A DNA stretch of 64,000 nt from Chlorokybus atmophyticus (Eukaryota > Plantae > Mesostigma and Chlorokybus algae). Positions 25,350 to 38,216 of this stretch are shown here, piece by piece. Where the stretch lies: contig RHPI01001116.1 in the NCBI GenBank assembly GCA_009103225.1, positions 255,380 through 319,379 on the forward strand. Direction: 5' to 3'. The position numbers and the translations under genes were made by a program. The notes under the pieces are model-generated. The model saw only the letters and a program-made list of their open reading frames with translations. It did no database searches and had not been told where the DNA came from. Position 1 is the first letter of the stretch; the number at the start of each line of letters is the position of its first letter.

Positions 25350-28160
25350 GCCTAACCCCTCTCCTCCTTCTCCCCTTGCCCTCCTCCCGTGCTGCGCAGG
25401 TAGCTAAGCCGCGCTGATGTCGCCGCTCCTTGCTGCTTCCTGGTTGGTGCTGCACGCACATAGCAGGCACGCACATAGAACCCAACCCCCCATAGCTTTG
25501 TTGGCTTAGCTTGTTGTGTTTGGCTTGGTGCGAGCTTGCCTTTAATGCTGTCGAGCCGGGCGTCCACGAGGGCTGAACCTTCTCGAGGTTGTGGTTGTCG
25601 GTTGTTGATGGTGGACGCGATGGCGATGTTATCGGTGTAGCCAAGACCAAGGCTGTTGTGGACAACCGTGTTAAGCAAAAAAGAGTTCCCACCCAGCATA
25701 GCTAAATGTAGAGTGAGCTATGTAGGCAGCAAGCCACCCACCTTGAGCGGTAGCCAGGTCCCCTGGCACATGCTCAACACATGTGCGGGAGTTGAAGAGA
25801 AGGCGTGGAGTAGAGGAGGTGATGACGTCACCCCCCAGACAGATGTTGTCGGTGTAATGGCTTCCAGCGCGGCGACGTGGAAGACGGAGAGGGCAATGCA
25901 GATGTCGAGTCTGCAGCGCCGAAGAAGCTGGTGCGCGTGGATGCGCCGACGAAGCCGGAGCAGGTGCGTGTAGCTGCAGCGCCGAGGAGCCGATGCGTGG
26001 ATGCGCACAGCAAGGCCGACGCAGGTGTGTGTGCCTGCGGCGCTAAAGAGCTGATTCGCGTGGATGCGCATGTCAACGAGGCCGGTACAGGTGTGTACGC
26101 CTGCGATGGCTTGAAGGGCTGGTGCGCGTGGGTGCGCACGTCAGCGAGGAGGCCGGAGCTGGTGCGCGTAGATGCGTACAGTCAGCGTCGAGGCCGAGGA
26201 GCTGGTGCGTGTGTATGCGCACGGCAGCAGAGAGGACGGTGCAAGTGGAATCTGCAACGTCGTGGGGCTGGTATGCGTGGATTCATACGGCAGCGAGGAG
26301 CCTGTCGCAGGTGTGTGTGCCTGTAGCGCCTGAGGAACTGGTGCGCGCGGATGCGCACATCAGCAAGGAGGACGATGCAAGTGGAGTCTGCAACGTCGTG
26401 GAGAATGCGACAGCGCGCTTGTCGGCGCTGTCGTTGTGTCAATGCAGCTAGAGCTGCGTCGTGGTGCATGGCACGGCCGTAGACGGCGCCGATGTGGTGG
26501 ATGCGTGCAGCAAGTGGCCGGCTGCAAGGGAGGACAGCGCTGACAGAGTTAACGGGCTGCAAGGGTGAAGTATGTGACGGAGCTGGTGCTTGGGATCTGC
26601 GTGGTGACAGTATCGGCGTTGATGTCGTTGCCGAGGCTGCGTGTGATGCAGCCCTGCAGCTGTGGCTGCAGCTGTCCACTTCACGAAGACGGTGATGGCG
26701 CGGTAGCTACGGTGCGCATGGCGTCTCGACCATCGTCCTCGAGGGTGCGTGCAATCATGGTCCCATAGCTGCACCAGGGTGCGTGTGGCGGTGTAGCATG
26801 CACGATACGCGTTGCGACGTGCATCCACAATTGCTTCCAGCTGTGCTACCTTGGCGGTGAGCATGGCGATGGCGTCGGGAACGTCATCAACAACATGAGA
26901 GGCTGGCACGCGAGCACGTCAGAAAGCTCCAGCTGCTGCGCGTGGGGTGCCAGCGAACTCGGGCGAGGGTGACAACTCCTCGTCATCATTGTCGACAACG
27001 TCATTATTGTAGGGCTCATCCTCGTCGCGGTCATCAGCGTCGCTGTAGGGGTTGCTCTCTTCGTGGGCATCAGCGTCACTGGCGGAGTCGTCCTCGTCAT
27101 GCTCGCCATCGTTGTGGTAGGTGCCATCCTCGTTAGCGCAGGCGCGCGCAAGAGCACCACCATGCTGTTGCTGTCGAAGATGAGGATGCCGAGAGAGGCA
27201 CACCTACTCGAGATGGTCGTTCTTGCCGCAGTAGGCGCAGCATGGAACAGCCCACCTCTCGGTGCACTCCCTGGCTGTGTGGTCTTCAAGGCCACACTAA
27301 AGACACATGCGGAGCATGTCCCATGCTGCGTGAGCAGCCCGCGGGGAAGAACCCGGTGACGACGCAGCTGCCGCGTCCGTGTGCTCGTGCGGGAAGGAGT
27401 TGGTGTTGAGATCAGTTCGGCGAGGGCTCTGATGCATCTCAAGGACGGCGCTTTCGCACACGTGGCGCTTTTGCAGGTGCAAGGTCACTTCAAAGGCTTG
27501 GCGTAAGGAGAAGCCTTGTGGTCGCGTGTTGCTAAGAGCGGTGTCCACCATGTTGGACAGCTCGGGCTCAAGTTGAGACACGCAGATGACGGCCGCGGCT
27601 GCATCGCTTAGGATGCAGTAGTCTGTCTCCGTGAGAAGAGGTATCAGCCGATGATACATCCGCAACAGATCTTCATCGTCTCGACGTCGGAAGTGGCAAA
27701 GGTCAGCTACCTTCTCTCGAGTGGATGGAGGAAAGGTGCGACGCAAGGCCGTGTAGAGGTCTCTCATGGGAAACCCAATGTGCTGCACCGAGACGTTGAT
27801 CAATCGGTGCGCCGAGAGGCTGGTGCAGGAGTTGCCGGGCTGAGCGTGGACAATGGCGGTGCTGTGCAGGCTGAGTGTAGGGTGCCGAACCGCCAATGCC
27901 GTAGCGAGCTGCGATTGAGCGCCACACATGGTGTGCTTCCTCGTCAAGGTATATGGCTGCCATCTTCAAGGACAACTCTTCCGACCACCAATGGCTGCGT
28001 GCTTCGTGTAGGAGCAGAACGGAGTCCAAATTGATAAAGAACTCGTCAGGAGGCAGCGTGTTGGGGCGGCCAAAGAAGGCAAGAGGTGGTGGTGCAGCAA
28101 GGGAGGTGGCCATGTCGAGGGAAACGCGTGACAGGTGGATGATCGGGATGTGATGCACAG
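25350..28160 (-). mobile_element. Decayed Ty3/gypsy-like retroelement gag (possibly gag-protease) region
   Basis: Retrotransposon-gag-like FFGRPN..DEFF..WSEELSLKMAAIYL..AHHVW, then a frameshift to DLYTALRRTFP..LCHFRRRDDEDL. Followed by an acidic tract and a weak protease-like GGNSFLLNTVVHNSLGL. No RT or integrase seen and LTRs not found. Confidence 0.6.
25925..26360. repeat. Degenerate tandem repeat, core CTGGTGCGCGTGGATGCGCAC, about 8 copies
   Basis: Copies at about 25929, 25992, 26050, 26120, 26159, 26201, 26268 and 26338. They read LVRVDA on + and RIHAHQ on -. Confidence 0.8.
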
Positions 28161-30751
28161 TGTCGAGGACGAGCTGGCGAAGGCGACAACCGTCTCTTGG
28201 GCAGGGGGTGCAGGTGTAGTGCGGAGGCGCTCGTCGTCCTCCCAGCTATGCAAGCTGCTGCGACCGTCCTTGGCTGGAGCTGCAGCTGTAATGCGGAGGT
28301 ACTCGTCGTCCTCCCAGCTGGTCGCTGCTGCTTTCCAAGATGATGATGCCAACCCTACTCGTACGCACTCGTGCAAGTGTGGTGGGTTGTGTGAGGTGTA
28401 CTGTGCGTGCAAGAGTAATGTGCTACCAATGTAGAAGGGAGCAAGACTGTGAGTCAAAAAGCCACCTACTAAGGTGCTGTGCTCACAGGGCCTTCCCACA
28501 ATAGCAAGATGCATGTGTATGTATGTATATATGTATGTTCCCTGTTAAGTAAGAGCTATGGTGCTTCTAAAATGTGTGATAGCAGACCCTGATGCGTGTG
28601 TATGCTCAACAATGCAAGCACGCGCAGCTAGTGTGTGAGGCAAATGCAATGTGTATTTGTGTGCTCCGCATCCATACACAACACACAACAAACACAAACA
28701 CACCAAGCTCACGTGTAGTCCTTGTATTGCAGAGGTTGGGGCGTTGCTCAGTCCTTGCTTCGTACTCATAGTCTTGCTAAGTAACAATGTGGCTAAGTCT
28801 GCTACTTATACAAGTACAGCCACATCTACTTACAACTGTGCACTCCTAGCAATGGCTAGTTGTGAGTTTATACGATATGACGTTAGAACTCGATGCAGAT
28901 CAAGCTGAGCCAGAATGGAACAGCTACAATGGTACTTACGACTTACGACCGGCGCGGATGCCCGGCTGTAGGCATGGTCGAGGAGACTTCGCGGACGTTG
29001 GCGAATAGCATGACAATGCCGTGCTGATGCTGTGCTAATGCTATGCTATGCTGTGCTGCTTGCTTGCTAATTGGCCTTGAGTATGCCTAATGTTCGTCGA
29101 TATGTTGACCGCATTAGACATTGACGGCTGTTGGCAACACGCCTTGTGATTTGCCTCCTGCGGTTAGTGACACGCCTTGTGATATTGCTACTCGTATCAT
29201 TTATGTGTTGTTATTAAAGTAAGTGACTCCCAGACTGGAGCAGCAAACAGTGCATGCTGTATTGGCCTTGCCCATGCAGAGTTATGTACACATGACTCAA
29301 CCTCGAAGTACATTTGCGCATGACACGCTCTGCTCGTGCCTCCTTCTTTGCTACACCGGGCAATATGCGCAGCGGGTGCTATCACATAATGTAGGTAGTG
29401 CCGCTGATCCATCAGCAATGCAAGCAAAGATCGCCTCTGCCATGCCCAAAAGAGGCTGAAACCAGCCCTGCATTACCGGGTTGCTTTACGGGTACAGATG
29501 CGTTTGAGGCCACCTTTCACAGTGTTTCACAGTGTTTCACAGTGTCCCGGCTGCATGTGTATAGCGAAGTCTCAACATCCGCCACTTAGGAAGACATCGC
29601 TTTTATCAAAAATAGCAGTAGAGTAATTGAGGCGTATAGAGCGGGGCTCAACGGTTGCAGTGGTCTGTGAGCTGTACCGGACAATTGGCGGATCGTCAAT
29701 CAAATACAAAGTAATCATCGCACGTGTAGGCGCTTGGGCGACCGCCCTTAATGGTGCCACATTCTGAGGGCACGCGTCGTTGTGATAGAAGTCTCCGAAG
29801 TGGAGGAATTACAAGCCTTAACAGATCCTCTGCAAGAATTTGCACCATTGCCGGGCCTAATGTCGACAGCTCTCTTGCTGCATGCAGCAGTGAATGTAAC
29901 ATCGGCGCCTCAAGCATCAGGCCATGGCTGCAAAAGCCGCGGCGATAGGGGGAGCCACATGTCTCGTATACTATATGATATGCGCGGGCATGCCCCATCC
30001 CATTTATGTTATGCTACAGTGAACGTCTTAGAAGTAGAGTTACGACCTCTTGTGCGCCAGCCAGCTTAGCGTAAGTTTTGTTATAGCCGCCGGTGACCAT
30101 GCCATAAACTTAAAACTTTAGCAAGATGCCACCTTATGTTAACTACCTCAGGCAAAGTCAGCAACCCATGTTGCCAAAATGGCACAAGATAGCAACTTAA
30201 TTTAAGGCACAAATATTAAGCAAGTAGGTGACCTACTTGCTTGATATTTATGCAGACTGTAGCAATTGCAAGGCAAACTTGCCAATCAGTACGGTACTGA
30301 CAGACATGAAAATGAAACATGTACCTGAGGGCAGGGCTCTCGCTTTATATAGTTTGAGCCGGAGATGCTTGGCTGCTTCAAGGTCGCATGGCTTTAAGCT
30401 GAATTTGAGCATGTACACACCTATGGGTGACAGCAGACCCACAAGTGTTCCATCCATAACCTTCACCGCGCACACGACTCCCATAGCATATTGCTTGCCC
30501 AGTTGCGCCACCACTCGGAACACATATTTTTGTGCAGTTGACCGCACATAGATATTCCCATGCACTTGAAATTGCACAAAGCTGGTTGCGCTAGAGGTAC
30601 ACATGAACAAGTTGCTGGCCATGTAGTAGCAAAAGATAAGCCCTTGCACTGCATGCAGCAGCAGATTACCGCATAAGACCATCTTATGCGATGATCGCAT
30701 ACATGGCAGCGAACATCATATGGTGATTATCATGCACTTGAGGGAGAGGGG

Positions 30752-30971
30752 NNNNNNNNNNNNNNNNNNNNNNNNNNNNNNNNNNNNNNNNNNNNNNNNN
30801 NNNNNNNNNNNNNNNNNNNNNNNNNNNNNNNNNNNNNNNNNNNNNNNNNNNNNNNNNNNNNNNNNNNNNNNNNNNNNNNNNNNNNNNNNNNNNNNNNNNN
30901 NNNNNNNNNNNNNNNNNNNNNNNNNNNNNNNNNNNNNNNNNNNNNNNNNNNNNNNNNNNNNNNNNNNNNNN
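30752..30971. other. Assembly gap (N run)
   Basis: Run of N. Confidence 1.
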
Positions 30972-31344
30972 GCGGGGCATACAAATGTGTACATCGCACA
31001 CCTTGAAACACGGTACTCACCCAAAGCATCATGTTTAGGATGCATGCAATACGTATTATTGCAGGCATCCCTCTTCTTCTTCGCTTCCCTCTTTATCTCT
31101 CTTCATCTTCGGCACATGCTAATAGTGTCGCAAAGGCAATGATAAACAAGTTCTGACTTCGTCCTCGAGCTCGCGCACCAATTCAATAGCAAAGGAATGA
31201 TTGCTGTCCATCAAGGCACAAGGCAGTAGCAGCTTTGAAACGCCCCTTGCTTTGCACATGGCAGTCTGATTGCTAATAAGTTGGCCAAACTTGCGTATTG
31301 TATTAGTGCATTACTGCATGAGTAAGTCTTTTACATGCTAATGC

Positions 31345-31965
31345 ATACCGCTTTTTTACAATTTCTCGCGTATCAAAGCTTATAACAATGTATTATAGCT
31401 TAGGTAAGTTCCAATGGGTGCCTATTAAGCCTATGTAATGTCGCATTTCATATATGCAATCACTATAGTTAGATATTAAGTTGGGTACCTCGTCGCAGCA
31501 CCCAGTCGCCTGTGATGCCCCTTAAATCCTCTACCCCAACACCCACACCGCCGAAGAGAAGCCGTATCACGCTGCCGGTAGCATTGCGCTGCAAGGGGTA
31601 GAAAACTGAGTGAGGTTTTATTACTTGATGGGGCCTTTTACAACAGAAGTATAATACAATGATGTATCTTTATATTGCACTCACAACTGAATATCATCCT
31701 TACAAAAGGGTTGCCATTAACACGCGTGAGAATGCGTGAGCTAATTGGAGTTGAGTTATTAGACGATAAGGTTCCCAACGACAAGGTAACTATCAATAAT
31801 ATACATAGCAACAAGGTACCTAACTTGATATCTGACTATAGTGAGCGTATCATATTTGAACTGCAACACAAAATGAACTTGATAGGAGGTTCTGCACCCA
31901 TTACGACTTATTGAAACCATACTAAAATATTATGTATATAGCTTTTATAAGCGAGAAACGGTGGA
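31345..31965. repeat. Long diverged inverted repeat (arms about 150 bp), homologous to about 1995-2225
   Basis: Left-arm CACTATAGTTAGATATTAAGTTGGGTACCT matches the reverse complement of the right arm, CACTATAGTCAGATATCAAGTTAGGTACCT (27/30). Both arms align with the AT-rich region near 2060-2225. Confidence 0.75.
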
Positions 31966-32141
31966 AAAGAGGTATGAATAAGAGTTTAAGTATATTTATT
32001 CATACAAGATGTGTGTCATTTATAAAGCAAAAATGCCCCCATTATTATTGCCTTCGTTACAAGTATGGTTGAGGTTAAGGGTTATGGCTTCGAGCTTACG
32101 TAATTGCTCTTAAGTCAAACCGTTGACGTTTGACTTAGGAG

Positions 32142-32161
32142 CCCTAACCCTAACCCTAACC
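32142..32161. repeat. Telomere-like (CCCTAA)3 tract
   Basis: CCCTAACCCTAACCCTAACC read directly. Confidence 0.7.
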
Positions 32162-33446
32162 ATTATTGACTTTTGCTATTAAACACTATTCGTATCAGTA
32201 AATGCAATTGCCTCTGCCTGGTCGGTTGTCAGTGAGCACCACAATGTGATGTGTGCAAGTTTGCTGCATGGTGTCTATTGGGCAGAGCTCGCTCGCAGCT
32301 CCGAAGCAACATTTTTTCGCACGCATGTAGAAAGACTCCGCATCTTACACGACCTTTCGTAAACAGGCTCCCGCCAGTAGGGTGTTGATTGTGCGCTCTG
32401 CATAATGGCGTTGCTCGTGAGCGCTCGGGGACCGCCGCCATCTCCGTCTTCCACAACAGCAAGCGGCACACCCTAAGCCTCGTGCTGGTGCGCACCTACC
32501 TCGTCCTGATCGCAGACTCTAGTGACAACTGCCTATGTCAATCTTGGAATGAACGTCGATGCCGCCGCCGCCATCGTGAAGCGCATTAAGTTGCAAAGAC
32601 ACATAACAACTGATGTTGTCAAGGCAGCCCACTTGACCCTAACACACTAACAATGCGTGCTGCGGCTCTGGTCACCAATAGACACTAGGGTAGAGGTGCC
32701 CTATTTGGCGCATTTTTGAGGTATTAAGGGTCTAGCGGGCGCTAGGGTAGGTATTTGGTGGCGAAGTGTATGTGTTTCTTGTAGCTTAGGACCTAGGCTA
32801 TACGGGGATATTTTTATTTATATTTTTGGTTGAGGGTAGCGCATAGGGTAGCGCGCCAAAGTAGGGGGTGTAAGGCTTTGACAGCCAAATTGTGCATACC
32901 CTAATTTGGCCACTTCAGAACGCCTGTCTGGGCGTGACAGGCAGTGCTGATATGTTAGGTTGATGGCTGGCATCATAGGCAGGCTGACAGCCAATTGCTG
33001 TGCGTTAACAGGCTGGTGCAGGCTGTTGTGCAGGCTGTTGTGCAGGCGATTAGCTGCGGTGACAGCCATCGTGGTTGGCGGCAGTTTGCGCCGCCACAGC
33101 TATTCGCAGTAGTTGTTGTCTTGTGCAAGGTTGCGTGGGCGGCCAGGGTTGTAAGGTTAGCGGCGGCACTGCTGGTGTGTTAGCTGGCGCCCTGCTGAGG
33201 TAGGCCTGTGTGGGCTCATGCATGTATGGTTGACGGCGGCACTGCTAGTGTTAGCTGGCGCCCTGCTGAGGTAGGTCTGTGTGTGGGCTCATGCATGTGT
33301 GTGTGCTTGTGTGCGCACAAGATTGCATGCTGTGTGCTCATATGGTTTGCTGGTTGCATGTCTGGTGTGTTTCACATGCATGCGCAGACTGTAAGGTGCG
33401 TGCGATTGTTGACTTTGTACATGCAAGCAGTCTTTGCTAACTAGGC

Positions 33447-35554
33447 CTATCTGTCTGCCTGTAGGTGCCTCAGAATAGCTTCTGATCTCTTGGCCTTTTT
33501 CTCCCTCCACCGTGCGCCTGCTTCCCGTGCCTGCTCCCGCACATAGGGCAACGGCGCCTCCATCCTGCTGGCGAAGTCCTCCGCCCAATCCCACAGGGGC
33601 ATCCCCAGCTGATTGTTGCAATCCATGGCATTCCACTCGTAGCGGAGCAGCAGAGCGCGAGCCTCCTGCCTGGTCTTCTCCCTCTGCTCAGATGTAAGGT
33701 GATCCTCCGCCTCAGCTGCTTGCTGTTCCCTCTGCTTCTCCGCCTCCCTGTCTTGCTTAGTCGCATGCTTGCGCTGAGCTTGTGTGCTCTTCTGCATGCG
33801 TTTCAGGGCTGCCTGCTTCTTCTTCAACTCTTGCGCAGCAGCCTTTTGGATTGCTGCTGCAGCAGCCTCAGTCTTCTTCACCTTAGCAGCTTCCTTGCGG
33901 GCTGCTGCTGCTAACTCTCTGTCTGCATGAGCTTGTGCCTCCTTTGCCAACTGCTCCGCGATCTCCTCACTGGTCAGCAGGTGCGCAGTCTGGAACCCTC
34001 GCACCCTCTTCTTGCCCTTCGTGCTGACTGACTGTGGTTGGGCTTGTGTTGTGTGCGTGGCCTCACCCTCTGTGTTGGCTGCTGGCTCTGCAGGTGGCGC
34101 CTCTTCCTCAAGGTCTATGGCATCCAACAAACCCTTCATGGCGGGGGGGATGCTGGAGTCTTCAGGGGGGAAGTACTTGTCCAGCACGTGCTTTTTCAAA
34201 GGCCACAACCCACACGCTCTGAAGCCTCCTATGATGTTGGCGGGTGTGAGACCTTGCAGCCACGGGTTAACCAGCATTGACAAGAGCTCCTTCCTGGACA
34301 GGTCAGCGTCGTACCTTGTCTCTTGTCTTGCTCTGTATTCTCTCCTGTATACTTCTTTGAATGGGTGAAAGCAACTAACATCTAATACTTGCAGGCGATG
34401 TGTGGTGTGTGGGGGGAGGACGAGGATGTGGAGACCGCATTGCATTGCAAAGCTGATCATGTCGCTGCTGTATCTGCTCACATGTCCGTCCACTACAAGC
34501 AATGCAGGGTTTGAAGGACTCACACCTCCTGGCACCCACTTGACAAGATGCTTGATCCACTTCTCGAAGAGCTCCGTTGTTATCCAAGCGTTTTCTTGCA
34601 TTGCAAACACACTCTCAGGTACTTTGTCTCCAAACTCTTTGCAGTCTTGTGTTATGCGTTTGCCCTTCATGGTGATCAGAGGTGGGAAGGTGTAGCCAGC
34701 TCCTGAAACTGCTGCCATAATTGTAATGTGCTCTCTACTTCCTGTCGTGGCTGCCTGAGCCCAACGTGCACCACTGCACAGCAGCACATAGGTTAGCATT
34801 GTATCATTAACATTCAAGCACAGCATGTTGGCATTGCTAACACTCTTACCTCTCGCATATGACTCGCTGATTCTGCATGGTGGTGTCTGGTTCGACTCCA
34901 ACCTCATCAGCCGATATGATGCGCTCTGGTCCCACTCCCAAGTCTTCCACAACCTTCGCCAACAATTCAAAGTAATGGTAAACTACATCTCGTTTCAGTG
35001 CACATCTCCTCGCCTTGTCCAATGCCTCTGCCTTGCGAGAGGTAAGGCGCTTCCTCTTCTTAAAACCTTGCCACCACTTCTTCCCAGGTATGCCTCTTTG
35101 GCATAGCGTTGCACGCTCATCTCCTGCTAGTCTCTTCCCTGCCTCAATGCATATTTCAGTCCAAGTGACCCCTCTTCCACACTTGTTGCGATTGATCACA
35201 AACTGTGCCAGTGACTCCTCCTCCTCCTCATTAAACAGAGTTGCATGACCAGCACCCCTGCATACATATCATATGCATTCAGCGCTTGCAATTGCAGTCA
35301 GCTATTGCACTAACACTCTGATGCTGGGCTCACCTATATTTGTCGAGCAGGGCGGGGTTGTCACAGTATCTGCGCAGAGTAGTCCTGGGGATGCCAAGGT
35401 CTGAGACAGCATCGCTGATGCTCATGCAGCCCGCAGCAATGGCATGCACGGCTCTCTGGATGTCTGGCATGCTGAGGACGTAGTTTCTGTACCCTCTTCG
35501 TCTTCTTGCGCGAGCAGGGGTCCTGGCTCGCACACGCTTGGTCTGCGCTGCCAT
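33447..35554 (-). CDS. pogo-family DDE_1 transposase, 3 exons, about 651 aa
   Basis: GT-AG introns 35258-35333 and 34774-34849 give one open frame. It has an HTH (SISDAVSDLGIPRTTL), PGKKWWQGF, the catalytic triad SADEVG / VVDGH / QVLDV with 35 residues between the last two Asp, and a long Ala/Lys/Glu coiled tail. Confidence 0.9.
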
Positions 35555-35772
35555 GCATATGGTCAGCCCATACATGATGCAAATGGGTGGTCTGAGCGGC
35601 CATGCTGCAATGATGTCCATACGAGTGCAGACAAGCAATCCGCCCACCCTGCTTGTAGAGGCGACCATAGGTAGCCAGCAATCGTGGTAGCCAACAGTAT
35701 TAGCCTCCTTGTAATGCAATACTATCGTGTACAACTCTGCCTGCCTCACACACGCATCACGGCCATGCTACC

Positions 35773-36421
35773 NNNNNNNNNNNNNNNNNNNNNNNNNNNN
35801 NNNNNNNNNNNNNNNNNNNNNNNNNNNNNNNNNNNNNNNNNNNNNNNNNNNNNNNNNNNNNNNNNNNNNNNNNNNNNNNNNNNNNNNNNNNNNNNNNNNN
35901 NNNNNNNNNNNNNNNNNNNNNNNNNNNNNNNNNNNNNNNNNNNNNNNNNNNNNNNNNNNNNNNNNNNNNNNNNNNNNNNNNNNNNNNNNNNNNNNNNNNN
36001 NNNNNNNNNNNNNNNNNNNNNNNNNNNNNNNNNNNNNNNNNNNNNNNNNNNNNNNNNNNNNNNNNNNNNNNNNNNNNNNNNNNNNNNNNNNNNNNNNNNN
36101 NNNNNNNNNNNNNNNNNNNNNNNNNNNNNNNNNNNNNNNNNNNNNNNNNNNNNNNNNNNNNNNNNNNNNNNNNNNNNNNNNNNNNNNNNNNNNNNNNNNN
36201 NNNNNNNNNNNNNNNNNNNNNNNNNNNNNNNNNNNNNNNNNNNNNNNNNNNNNNNNNNNNNNNNNNNNNNNNNNNNNNNNNNNNNNNNNNNNNNNNNNNN
36301 NNNNNNNNNNNNNNNNNNNNNNNNNNNNNNNNNNNNNNNNNNNNNNNNNNNNNNNNNNNNNNNNNNNNNNNNNNNNNNNNNNNNNNNNNNNNNNNNNNNN
36401 NNNNNNNNNNNNNNNNNNNNN
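35773..36421. other. Assembly gap (N run) inside pogo copy 2, upstream of the transposase
   Basis: Run of N followed by poly-C. Confidence 1.
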
Positions 36422-37439
36422 NCCCCCCCCCCCCCCCCCCTCCCTTTCTCCCCCCCCTCTGGTATGCTGCAGCCTTGTCTCATGTGCTTGTTCACACCCT
36501 CGCAGCAAACACAACCCTCCCACACGCATTCACAGTGTATACACAAGCACAGCACAGCAACCAGCGCCTTTCCCCCGGCACTAGAAGTGACAACCACCAC
36601 CAGCTCACACTCAAAAAAAGTTATGCGTTACATGTAAAATGTGTGACATGTAACTTTTGCATTTCAATTCCGAATAACATGCAACTTGAAACATAAGGTC
36701 TCTACTACCATACAAACAGGTAGAACAAAACCCCATCCCATTTCAGCTTCATATGCAAAAGTTATTAACCACCAAAGTACGGCCATAGAATAAGGTAGTC
36801 AAACACCAACTGTAACAGGTAGTGGAAAATTCAAATCTGCCGCCACACTTGTCCGTTTGCCTTGAAACTTGGTTTGAGTGTGTATTACACTTGTATCTAC
36901 CTAACCTATAAGTTTGACCGCGATTGCCCAAGGGGATAACAAGATATCCGCCAAAAACCGTGTGTTGGCCAATTTAGGGCGAGTGGCCAAATAGGGCACC
37001 TCTACCCTATGCTATGACAGTCAGCACTACACAGGTCCTACCAGTGACCAGCCTCACACACAGGACTGACAGGGGTCGCCAGGCACAGCCCCGACAGCGA
37101 CGCTGCGCTGGTGGCGGCGGACAAGGACAGGTGGGAGGCAGAGGAGGAGGCGGAGGGGGATGAGAGGGTGGCGGGGGTTAAGGGGGGGAGTCCGTGTCGT
37201 CTTGCCTGCTGACTCTTGTCGCGGCACTGCTGCCCACGACGACTGACGTTGTACAGGAACTACACTTGGCTTAGCTTGATGGGGCTGGGCTAGGTGAGTA
37301 GTAGGTTAGAACCACGTAGCCTAGCGTAAATAGTTACATGCGCCTGCTGTGGGGCGAGTCCGTGTGTCTTGTGTGCTGCATGCAATTATCTTCTATACAA
37401 TGAACTAGTGTGCGTATGGTATACTTGGCACAACCAAAG

Positions 37440-37770
37440 ACTCCTTCCCTTGACCCTACACACACCCGCACACAGCTGAATAGGCCAACACCAGCCACTG
37501 CAACAGCAGCAACAGCAGTAGCAGACACAACTACAATCACCACTGCAACAGCAGCGGCAACAACCAAAACAACAACAACGGCAGCAAGGGCGATCGGGCG
37601 GCAGTGGACCGCCGCCAGGTAAGGGGTGGTTGGGTGGGGGTTTGTAGTTGCTTGGACGGACGGGTGGGTTGGGGAGAAGAGGAAGGTTGGGTCAATGTCA
37701 ATTGTTGTGGTTGCTGCTGTTAGGGTTGTGTTGTTGCTGTAGTAGTTGTGATGGTGGTGGTGGTGGTGGT
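37440..37770. repeat. Low-complexity CAA/CAG and GGT/GTT tracts
   Basis: Read directly. Confidence 0.8.
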
Positions 37771-38216
37771 GGCTTGGTTTGTTACGACTGCTGTGCATAA
37801 CACTGTATGCATGGCTGTGTGTTTACGTTCAAGAGTATGTTATGCAACCGTTCAAAGTGCACAGGTCTACTACATGTTCAATGTACACACTTGCACATAT
37901 CAAGCAATATTGCAACCTGTTTGATACAATCGCATGCATGCAGAAGTATATACTCAGATTGCCGCGGACACTCAGTGTTGTTGTGCTCATCGCCAACATG
38001 TGTTCTCTCACTGATACGTACTGCTCCGCAACTTCCCGCCAGCACTCAGCGTCATTCATCAGTATCTCGCAACGGAGGAGGTCGTCGCAGAGCTACTGCA
38101 GGACTCGCTTGAGGATTTGTGCGTGTGTGCATGCGTGTCATGTAATAATCAACCATTGCATACACACTTGATGTATGTGTTGGTTATGTGGCTTTTGCCC
38201 TCTAGCGGGCGCTAGG

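Larger units (their letters stand above)
32688..37007 (-). mobile_element. pogo/Fot-like DD35D DNA transposon, copy 2, apparently intact
   Basis: Perfect 22-bp TIRs GGGTAGAGGTGCCCTATTTGGC (32688-32709) and GCCAAATAGGGCACCTCTACCC (36986-37007). TA TSD at 32686-87 and 37008-09. Confidence 0.93.

Noticed and set aside
28500-29250. 5' LTR and PBS of the gag remnant
   Set aside because: No matching second LTR, TSD or tRNA-complementary PBS found by eye.
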